Shown here: positions 1-5,915 of the stretch, piece after piece
How positions within the stretch are numbered: position 1 is the stretch's first letter
Layout of the letters: every line of letters starts with the position of its first letter
Source: a virus
Direction: 5' to 3' (one strand)
Virus record (IMG/VR): IMGVR_UViG_3300018080_000056
DNA: 42,090 nt
The notes under the pieces: generated by a model
Database searches by the model: none
The model's input: only the letters and a program-made list of their open reading frames with translations
Told to the model about the DNA's origin: nothing
Made by a program: the position numbers and the translations under genes

Positions 1-123
1 GCTGCCGCTGCCCTCGCCGCCGCTGCCTTGTGGCTGCTGAGGGTCGGGGCTGCCTGTGTTAATTGTCATCCATGGAAAGATAGCATCGTCTGGCATCTCT
101 GCAATCATCTGCTCTGCTTTCCC
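1..123. repeat. Terminal overlap copy 1: identical to 41968-42090. This is circular closure of the contig; unique genome length is 41,967 bp.
   Basis: Direct comparison of the first and last lines of the window. The identity reaches both window edges and lies inside one continuous minus-strand reading frame. Confidence 0.95.
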
Positions 124-858
124 CCCTGGCTTCAAGTTGGTCATTACAGCCTGCCCTGGCTTGTCTTCTTCTCCCTTTTCATTCACGCCGCCGAACCCCA
201 GAGACAGAGCCTTGTCCATCCATTCTTTATTGTGGTATCCGTTGCGAGTCGGCTTTCCCTGTTCATGCTGCCATTGATGGGTCATCTCGTGGATTAGTAT
301 ATGCATCAACTTGACTATATCCTCACCGTCCATGTGGTTGGCATTGATAGCTATCTCGTGAATTTTGCTGCCCTTTTCATCGTGCCACTTTTCAGCCGAG
401 AAGTACCCGCCTATGATGGATGAATTGCGGGAGATGCAAAGCATGGGTCTGGAAAGAGCCCCATCGAATAGTTTGTCATTAAAAAAATCAAACGCTTTAG
501 AGTATGCTTCGCTCAATTCTATGTTCGGCTTCCCGCTGCCAGTCCCGCCAGTGCCGCCGCCCTTTTCTTCCCAGTCCTCTGCTTTTACAAGGCTGCCAGG
601 ATGAAAAAACCACCCAGTGTCACCTGGCAGGGTGTCCTTATCGGGCACGCAATCACTCCCTCTGTGCAATGCCAGGCTCCCATGCTTTTTTTTCATCTCC
701 CTTATGTTCTCTGCAAAGTCCACGAGAACGGATGGGCTGCCACTCGATGCGAAGCCTGCCACTCTGCCAGTCCATCCCTCTAAGTGCTTTATGCCCTCGC
801 CCTTTACAATTCTTACCTTGTCACCATGTTTGAATTCTCTCATTTTTTCCTCCCTCAT
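1..858 (-). CDS. SprT-like zinc metalloprotease, N-terminal 281-286 codons. The gene wraps the contig junction and terminates at 41830 (326-331 aa in total).
   Basis: Manual minus-strand translation. AGGGAGGAAAAAATG occurs twice, giving ATG at 858 and at 843. The N-terminus MREFKHGDKVRIVKGEG..GWTGRV is KOW/SH3-like. The reverse complement of 241-300 gives ILIHEMTHQWQHEQGKPTRNGYHNKEW, a SprT-type zincin HExxH. The frame runs off base 1 in phase with ORF 41830..42075. Confidence 0.75.
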   Translation of the reverse strand, partial: MREEKMREFKHGDKVRIVKGEGIKHLEGWTGRVAGFASSGSPSVLVDFAENIREMKKKHGSLALHRGSDCVPDKDTLPGDTGWFFHPGSLVKAEDWEEKGGGTGGTGSGKPNIELSEAYSKAFDFFNDKLFDGALSRPMLCISRNSSIIGGYFSAEKWHDEKGSKIHEIAINANHMDGEDIVKLMHILIHEMTHQWQHEQGKPTRNGYHNKEWMDKALSLGFGGVNEKGEEDKPGQAVMTNLKPGGKAEQMIAEMPDDAIFPWMTINTGSPDPQQPQGSGGEGSGS

Positions 859-870
859 TTTTTCCTCCCT
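841..870 (-). repeat. Perfect tandem duplication of a 15-bp unit (minus sense AGGGAGGAAAAAATG) carrying SD plus ATG. It gives two in-frame starts for the SprT-like gene.
   Basis: The plus strand reads cattttttcctccct twice (841-855 and 856-870). A partial third copy, tattttttcc, follows at 871-880. Confidence 0.9.
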
Positions 871-1628
871 TATTTTTTCCAGGGAGCCACTTCCCTGGAT
901 ATTCTTGACGAGTCTATCACAATGACCTCGTCATCCTCGAATTCGCCGCCGAGGTATGTTGTCTCGGCATGCCCATTGCCTGCATCTTTCGTCCCGATTA
1001 GAAAGTCTGCTATCGCATTCGCCAAGCAATTCGATGCTTTGTTTGTTTTCAGGGCGCCCCAGATTCCTGTGAATATCGGGTCTTTATAGTCCTTAATTGT
1101 AATGTACAATACAAGGGGATTCCTTTTCTCTGGAATGCCAAAAGCTATGACTGCTATGACTCGGCATGGGCGCCCCTCGGCTTCAGCTTCAGCCACGATG
1201 CGATATATTTTATCGTGGCGCTCTTTCATCTTGCTTCCCTCCCGCTCGTTCCAGGGGATAATGGCATCCATGACGATTGTAATAGCAGGCTTATAAGACT
1301 CGACCTTTATCCACTCGTCAAAAGGCTTGTCATCTCCCTCTATATATCGCTCCAGAATCAACTCGCCGCCGTCTGATTTTGTGGGGACGACCTCATAATC
1401 TTTCCTAAAGGTATCCTCATAGGCGTCTGCCAGTCCATCGGGAGCGGCATGCTTTCCCATCTCGCTCTGGAATTCATCGAACACAGCCCTATTCGGGCTG
1501 CCGTCCTTATATGCGGTCTGTTTTGTATCGCCCTGGAGAATATGCTCAAACAATTCGAGTCCGTAAAGATGCGCCTCGTCTGGTCTTTCCTCTATAAATT
1601 CTTTAGGTGTTAACATTTTTTCCTCCAT
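870..1628 (-). CDS. Hypothetical 252-aa protein, possibly a vWA-like (CobT-like) partner of the adjacent AAA+ ATPase with a degenerate MIDAS motif.
   Basis: ORF track. GGAGGAAAAAATG suggests the real start is at 1616 (MLTPKEF). Alternating beta-alpha-beta pattern (AITIVMDAI / KIYRIVAEAEAEG / RVIAVIAFG / LVLYITIKDY / DEVIVIDSS), but DxSxS is replaced by DAIIP. Tightly packed between the AAA+ and SprT genes. Confidence 0.6.
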   Translation of the reverse strand: MEEKMLTPKEFIEERPDEAHLYGLELFEHILQGDTKQTAYKDGSPNRAVFDEFQSEMGKHAAPDGLADAYEDTFRKDYEVVPTKSDGGELILERYIEGDDKPFDEWIKVESYKPAITIVMDAIIPWNEREGSKMKERHDKIYRIVAEAEAEGRPCRVIAVIAFGIPEKRNPLVLYITIKDYKDPIFTGIWGALKTNKASNCLANAIADFLIGTKDAGNGHAETTYLGGEFEDDEVIVIDSSRISREVAPWKK

Positions 1629-1644
1629 GTTCGGAGGGGCTCCC

Positions 1645-2862
1645 TCAGAGCCCCACCTTGCTGCGCTCGCCCTTGCTCAGGCTGCTGAGAAAAGTATATT
1701 CGAATGCTTCTTCGTTTTTGAGTCCGCATTTATAAACCTTGATGCAGTTTATCAGCCGCCTAGTCGAGGGCGAAAAGGCAATGTTATTTTGCCTGACCGC
1801 ATCCCTCAGGGTCTTTAAGGACTTGAGGAAATAGTCGCCTGCAGGCTTCTCAATTCCAGAATTCTCGATGAGTTTTTTCTCGACCTTTTCATCGTATCCC
1901 ATATTGACAGAGACAAAGCGGTCGAGTAGTGAATCATCGGCTCTTTTGGCGCCAGTATATTGCTTATCGAATTGACGCCCTGAGGTATTAGCAGCGGCGC
2001 AAATTTTGCAATCATCGTGTACTTTTATCGTGCCCTTGGGAGTCTCAATCGCCCTGATATTTTGCTCCGTTATAGGATTGAGTCCTAAATTAACGTCAGG
2101 GTCGGCGCCGAGTATCTCGTCAATAAACACGAGCCCTGGCTTCTGAATTGCTTTCAACAATTCTCCCTCTACGAATTCACTATGACCGTTTGTGATTTTC
2201 ACGCTCCCAAAAACTTGGGAATACCTCATCCCGCCGCTCATCGAAAAGGTGTAAAAGGGAATATCTAGGACAGCAGCGACCTCTTCGAATAGCCTGGACT
2301 TTCCACAGCCTGCATCTCCAGTTAAGAAAACTTGCACGCCGCCCTTTACCATTGCAACGATTTTGTCAAAAATATCAGGCTTTATATAGCCCGTACTTTT
2401 TGTTTCGTATTCTGGTATTTTTGAAGCGTCCTTTATAGCCTGTTCCACAAGTCCCCTTATCTCCTCGACGGTCTTCTGATTTAGAATTGAGCCCAGTCCT
2501 GCCAGGGTATCCTTTAATTTTGCCCTGGCGCCTGCCGCTGTTTCCTCGACCTCGGCAGCTTCGGGCTCGTCCTCAGCCTTGTCCTCCCTGTTTTTGACTC
2601 CCTGTTTAATTTTCTCGGCTGTTTCCTTTTCAGGGATAGCTTCGCTGTCGCTGTCATCCTCGAGCCTGAAAGAGGGGATATAACCCTGAATCTTGTCTGC
2701 CGCTGCCTTGCGATAGCCCTTATCAATAAGGTCTTCCAGTTGATTAGCAGCCTCCAGGCTGAGCGTGCCGTCCTTAGCTAGCTTTGCCCAGTCTGCATTC
2801 TCAGTCCCATGCTTCACGCAGAAGCCCCATATTTTTTTAGCCTGTTTCCATGATGCATTCAT
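1645..2862 (-). CDS. AAA+ ATPase of MoxR/CobS (AAA_5) type with an about 170-aa acidic N-terminal extension.
   Basis: Walker A LTGDAGCGKS, Walker B LVFIDEI, sensor-1 AAANT, arginine region SLLDRF, sensor-2-like SPSTRRL. SD GGGAGGAAAATTAAGATG. Confidence 0.85.
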   Translation of the reverse strand: MNASWKQAKKIWGFCVKHGTENADWAKLAKDGTLSLEAANQLEDLIDKGYRKAAADKIQGYIPSFRLEDDSDSEAIPEKETAEKIKQGVKNREDKAEDEPEAAEVEETAAGARAKLKDTLAGLGSILNQKTVEEIRGLVEQAIKDASKIPEYETKSTGYIKPDIFDKIVAMVKGGVQVFLTGDAGCGKSRLFEEVAAVLDIPFYTFSMSGGMRYSQVFGSVKITNGHSEFVEGELLKAIQKPGLVFIDEILGADPDVNLGLNPITEQNIRAIETPKGTIKVHDDCKICAAANTSGRQFDKQYTGAKRADDSLLDRFVSVNMGYDEKVEKKLIENSGIEKPAGDYFLKSLKTLRDAVRQNNIAFSPSTRRLINCIKVYKCGLKNEEAFEYTFLSSLSKGERSKVGL

Positions 2863-2888
2863 CTTAATTTTCCTCCCTGTTAATTGCT

Positions 2889-2917
2889 ATGGTATTATCC
2901 TTTTTAGTTAATACCAT
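2889..2917 (-). promoter_or_regulatory. Perfect 9-bp inverted repeat (ATGGTATTA, 11-nt gap, TAATACCAT) between the 68-aa gene and the AAA+ gene. It contains the GGTATTAACTA element shared with 34302-34322 and 38723-38743.
   Basis: Read directly from the sequence. It sits 27 nt upstream of the AAA+ start codon, just before ...TTAACAGGGAGG. Confidence 0.6.
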
Positions 2918-2919
2918 AA

Positions 2920-3126
2920 TTAAAATTTTTTGAGGACGTAAGCCATTGCCAAAAATGCAATGTACTCTTGTACTTTTTCCTCAATAAAGCCTCTTTCCCT
3001 GGCTTTTTCCATTGCCCATGACTCGGCTTCCCTGGCACTCATCGAAGCCCAGTCCTCCCTGGCAAGGGCTCGACCTATGCCATAGGCGGCGCCCTTGATT
3101 GCCGTTGGTGAATAACATGCTTTCAT
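2920..3126 (-). CDS. Hypothetical 68-aa protein, first gene of the accessory operon.
   Basis: ORF track. SD (minus sense) AACGGAGGATGAGATG. Located downstream of the promoter at 3175-3202. Confidence 0.6.
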   Translation of the reverse strand: MKACYSPTAIKGAAYGIGRALAREDWASMSAREAESWAMEKARERGFIEEKVQEYIAFLAMAYVLKKF

Positions 3127-3174
3127 CTCATCCTCCGTTAATTAAATTTGATAATATCTAATATCATCAATATT

Positions 3175-3202
3175 ATTTTAACATAATATAATATCTAGTC
3201 AA
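3175..3202 (-). promoter_or_regulatory. Sigma70-like promoter for the minus-strand accessory operon (-35 TTGACT, 16-nt spacer, -10 TAAAAT).
   Basis: The reverse complement of 3175-3202 reads TTGACTagatattatattatgtTAAAAT. Confidence 0.55.
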
Positions 3203-3254
3203 TACTTTCCAGGCTTTTTTTCAATAAAAAATAACGAAGCCTGAACAGCAAAGC

Positions 3255-3364
3255 GGACAACAACCTGGACAACAAATATTCTCTGCATTCCCATTATTAT
3301 CTATAACTTAAGCGCTCTCTTTTCATCGAAGCGGACAACAAAACGGACAACAAACGGACAACAA
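3255..3364 (+). repeat. Iteron cluster 1: five copies of GGACAACAA (3255, 3267, 3333, 3345, 3356) spaced 11-12 bp within each group. Candidate replication origin or organizer-binding array.
   Basis: Exact 9-mers counted in the sequence. The same 9-mer is clustered inside the replisome-organizer gene at 35637-35758 in the opposite orientation. Confidence 0.75.
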
Positions 3365-3740
3365 ACGTAGTACTTTGAATAAATTTAATAATGTTATAAA
3401 CATTGTTTCTTAAGAAAATAAGAAAGACAAACGTACATACCTATTATTATTATTTATAACTATTTACAGAATAAAATTAATAGTGAATATAATAAAATAG
3501 AGTTTTGAATATAAATATATTAAACGTAGAAAGTATTAACTATGTTCTTTACACTATTAATCATCCCTAGTTAATATTAATAATAAGAAAACATAAGATA
3601 TTAATAGATATATTTAGTAAATATCTTAATTTTTTACTTAATTATACTTAAATATACTATAAATATCTATGTAAAGTATTTATTTTAAATAACTTAGGTA
3701 TGTTTGAGTCGTATAACATGTATTATGTTAACTTTTTTTT
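3365..3740. other. Extremely AT-rich noncoding tract, a possible DNA-unwinding element. It contains AAACGTA three times and a TAACAT-N5-ATGTTA inverted repeat.
   Basis: No ORF of 60 aa or more on either strand. Visual base composition. AAACGTA is seen near 3364, 3429 and 3523, and the inverted repeat near 3713-3729. Confidence 0.6.
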
Positions 3741-3783
3741 AAGTCCCTATGCCCTGGCGTATGCCTGGATGAGAGAGACAATG

Positions 3784-3824
3784 GGCACCCCCCATGGGAA
3801 CTTGCGGCACCCCCCACACCCCCC
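3784..3824. repeat. GC island with three C6 tracts (G6 on the minus strand) and a duplicated GGCACCCCCCA motif.
   Basis: C6 at 3788-3793, 3810-3815 and 3819-3824. GGCACCCCCCA at 3784-3794 and 3806-3816. It lies at the edge of the AT-rich region. Confidence 0.8.
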
Positions 3825-4039
3825 TGCGGTCACTAGTCAGGTGTAATAAATTTTTTCTCTTAAGGGGCTCTTATTTATCTTTAACTTTCTTCAGGATAGC
3901 AGCCCAGTCCAATCTCCTGATAATCTCATCGAATATCTTATGGGCAAGCTCTACCTCCATCGCTGGCGATGTCTGAAGCTCGTTCTCAGCGGTGGTAGGT
4001 CGTTATTGGTTCCGTGCTCAATCTCGAAATAAAATCCGT

Positions 4040-4231
4040 TCATTCCCCTACTCCCAGTATGCTCGATATGGCAATCACGATAAATCCGAGAACGAGCATG
4101 AGGATTAATTTGGGTCTTTCGTGCTTTCTCTGTAATTCAAATTCCAGCCCGATTTTTTCTTTCAGCTTTCTGTCCCTGTTCAATGCAAACACGACCAGCC
4201 CGCATCCGACCAGAAAAAGAATGTAGCTCAT
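4040..4231 (-). CDS. Small membrane protein with two predicted TM helices (63 aa).
   Basis: ORF track, trimmed to MSYILFLVGCGLVVFAL... because SD GGAGGTTAAAATG precedes that ATG. A second hydrophobic stretch is LILMLVLGFIVIAISSIL. Confidence 0.6.
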   Translation of the reverse strand: MSYILFLVGCGLVVFALNRDRKLKEKIGLEFELQRKHERPKLILMLVLGFIVIAISSILGVGE

Positions 4232-4257
4232 TTTAACCTCCAGCCCATACTGGCTTT

Positions 4258-4548
4258 TTACCACATGCTTGTCACGAGGTCAAGAAGCCACCTTCGCTTT
4301 AAGTCATCGTTTGGGGGTTCTCCATGGTATTCGATGTAGTCATCGAGGTGGTTTGTTTGCCCGCATATTCCGCATTGGAACGGGAAGGCTACCTTTAGCC
4401 ATGGCTCCTTCCTGTGCTTTTGTGCTTCTATGGAGAAGCTGTCAACCCTTGCCCGCATCGTGCTTCCACAGAACATGCACGGGAGGTAGATGTCATAAGC
4501 ATCGAATCCTGGTACCCGCTCGACTGTGTATTTTTTATTCGGGAACAC
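4258..4548 (-). CDS. Hypothetical protein with a CxxC...CxxC zinc-ribbon-like pattern (96 aa).
   Basis: ORF track. CMFCG ... CGIC. Co-directional tight packing. Confidence 0.6.
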   Translation of the reverse strand: MFPNKKYTVERVPGFDAYDIYLPCMFCGSTMRARVDSFSIEAQKHRKEPWLKVAFPFQCGICGQTNHLDDYIEYHGEPPNDDLKRRWLLDLVTSMW

Positions 4549-4550
4549 GC

Positions 4551-4781
4551 CTACCCTCTTTTGATTTCCTCCATCTTGGATACGATAGATGGTGCAGAGC
4601 CCATGGATTCCTGTATGTCCTGGTGGAGCGCTTCGTCTTTTGCAATTTTGTCAATCAGCTCCTTGTAGATTCTGCGGATGAACGCCCTGGTCTTGGGCTC
4701 TTGAACGAGCGCCTTGAATGGCGGGTGCTTGAGAGCCATCAGGATTAAATGCCTTTCTTTTGAGTCGAGGTCAATCTGCAT
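4551..4781 (-). CDS. Hypothetical protein (76 aa).
   Basis: ORF track. Its start overlaps the stop of the upstream gene. Confidence 0.55.
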   Translation of the reverse strand: MQIDLDSKERHLILMALKHPPFKALVQEPKTRAFIRRIYKELIDKIAKDEALHQDIQESMGSAPSIVSKMEEIKRG

Positions 4782-4971
4782 CTTTTCCCTCCTTCTCGAC
4801 TTTCCAATGCCCTCGCTTTCCTTCTTCCCAGACGATGTTTACGCCGAGGTACTCACACAGGGCTTTGAGCTGAGACTCTAGCTTGTGGAGCTTGTACGAC
4901 TCGCCGTTGATGGCGATTCGGTTTAGGCGTGTCTGTGCTGCGCATCTCTTTAGCTGTTCTTTCTTGGTCAT
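4771..4971 (-). CDS. Hypothetical protein (66 aa).
   Basis: The 112-aa track ORF is trimmed to MTKKEQLK... because SD GGAGGTGAAAAAATG precedes it and the upstream codons overlap a tRNA. Confidence 0.6.
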   Translation of the reverse strand: MTKKEQLKRCAAQTRLNRIAINGESYKLHKLESQLKALCEYLGVNIVWEEGKRGHWKVEKEGKDAD

Positions 4972-4987
4972 TTTTTCACCTCCGCTG

Positions 4988-5062
4988 TGGTAGCGGGCAT
5001 GGGAATCGAACCCATCTTTGCGGCGTATGAGACCGCCGAGACCGCCTTGCCTCCCGCCCGCA
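4988..5062 (-). tRNA. 75-nt tRNA with anticodon CAU (Met or Ile2-type) and an encoded CCA end.
   Basis: Hand-folded cloverleaf. Acceptor UGCGGGC/GCCCGCU (U1:U72 mismatch). D stem GAGG/UCUC. Anticodon stem GCGGU/GCCGC with loop CUCAUAC. 4-nt variable loop. T arm AUGGG-UUCGAUU-CCCAU. Discriminator A plus CCA. Confidence 0.75.
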
Positions 5063-5080
5063 TATTGTTTCCACGGTTTT

Positions 5081-5109
5081 AATATAATAAATTTAACTGT
5101 TTTAGTCAA
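5081..5109 (-). promoter_or_regulatory. Sigma70-like promoter (-35 TTGACT, 17-nt spacer, -10 TATATT) driving the tRNA and the small-gene block.
   Basis: The reverse complement reads aaattcgctaTTGACTaaaacagttaaatttatTATATT. The -10 ends about 18 nt before the tRNA 5' end. It shares AAATTCGCTATTGAC with the promoter at 9774. Confidence 0.6.
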
Positions 5110-5133
5110 TAGCGAATTTAATTAATAATTAAC

Positions 5134-5162
5134 TTGACAATAGTATAGTTTTGTACTATATA
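5134..5162 (+). promoter_or_regulatory. Sigma70-like promoter (-35 TTGACA, 17-nt spacer, -10 TATATA) upstream of the terminase genes. It is divergent from the tRNA promoter.
   Basis: TTGACAatagtatagttttgtacTATATA read directly, 27 nt upstream of the terS ATG. Confidence 0.6.
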
Positions 5163-5188
5163 TGGGGTGTTGATAATGGGAGCTATAA

Positions 5189-5743
5189 ATGGCTATTGAA
5201 ATGATTGACGGTACACCCGTCCATATCGGGCATAAAGGAAACCCTCCGAGAGAGTACAGGGTTAAGCCCAAGCCGAGGAAGACCGAGGATAAGCCCTTCC
5301 GAAGAATCAACAAGCGCCAGAAGGAAGCCCTAAAGGGATTGCTGGAGGCGCACAAGGAAGGAAGGGACATCACGAGACCCTCTGTTAAGAAAGAAATCGG
5401 GGTTAACTCAGGTTACTCTGAAGCCTATGCGGTGCAGGCTGTTGACAAAGCCTTGAAGCGCAAGCCTATAGCCAGGGCGCTTGAAAAGGCTGGGGTTGAC
5501 GATGACTTCATCGCAAAGACCATCAAGGAGGGAATGACCGAGCCCAGACACCCAAAGAACCCAGAGATGAAGGACTACCATGCCATCGAGAAATTTGTGA
5601 AGGAGGCAAACAGGCTGAAGGACAATTACCCCGCAGTCAAGGTGGAGTCGGAACAGAAGGTCGTCCACATTCATCTTTCTGGCGAGGACTTTGAGGCTGT
5701 ACAGCGGTACAAAAGAATACGAGAGGACAATGAAGGAAGCTAG
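5189..5743 (+). CDS. terS: Terminase small subunit (184 aa).
   Basis: Position immediately upstream of terL. Basic N-terminus and an HTH-like segment VKKEIGVNSGYSEAYAVQAVDKALKRKPIARALEKAG, typical of small terminases. Confidence 0.65.
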   Translation: MAIEMIDGTPVHIGHKGNPPREYRVKPKPRKTEDKPFRRINKRQKEALKGLLEAHKEGRDITRPSVKKEIGVNSGYSEAYAVQAVDKALKRKPIARALEKAGVDDDFIAKTIKEGMTEPRHPKNPEMKDYHAIEKFVKEANRLKDNYPAVKVESEQKVVHIHLSGEDFEAVQRYKRIREDNEGS

Positions 5744-5915
5744 CACGAAAAAAGATTTCGCAAAGGGACGGCTAAATGCGAAAGAAGATTTCGTAATGGT
5801 CAACAAGTATTTTTATTTTTGCGGCGAGTGTTACTCTTATCACCTGGTCGGGACTGCCTGCCCGCTCCGAACAGACCGCTGCCCTGTTTGTCAGAGGCGG
5901 TGGCAGGATGATTAA
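5730..5915 (+). CDS. Small zinc-ribbon protein (61 aa) between terS and terL.
   Basis: Track ORF trimmed to MKEASTKK (SD GAGAGGACAATG). CGEC ... CPVC. Its end overlaps the terL start. Confidence 0.5.
   Translation: MKEASTKKDFAKGRLNAKEDFVMVNKYFYFCGECYSYHLVGTACPLRTDRCPVCQRRWQDD

Noticed and set aside
1-123. The terminal repeat as a genuine physical direct terminal repeat (T7-style DTR).
   Set aside because: The repeat lies in the middle of a continuous ORF, and its borders coincide with the window ends. That is what an assembler overlap of a circular contig looks like. Only read-start data could revive the DTR idea.
28-1089. Seven overlapping plus-strand ORFs (60-109 aa) at the window start.
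   Set aside because: They are antisense to the well-supported minus-strand SprT-like gene and the 252-aa gene. They have low-complexity Pro/Ser/Leu/Cys-rich translations and no SD, and they overlap one another in different frames.
3255-3364. The short repeat array as a CRISPR locus.
   Set aside because: The repeats are only 9 bp, spaced 11-12 bp with essentially no spacers. There is no cas gene, and the same 9-mer is clustered inside the replication-organizer gene. This is an iteron array, not CRISPR.
3871-3960. A 29-codon minus-strand ORF (MEVELAHKIFDEIIRRLDWAAILKKVKDK) downstream of the small-gene block.
   Set aside because: It is very short, has no convincing SD, and has no start upstream in frame. 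I could not support it beyond being open.
4972-5109. The N-terminal 46 codons of the 112-aa track ORF 4771..5109.
   Set aside because: This stretch is the reverse complement of a cloverleaf tRNA (4988-5062) and its promoter. A strong SD plus ATG at 4971 gives the real 66-aa gene.
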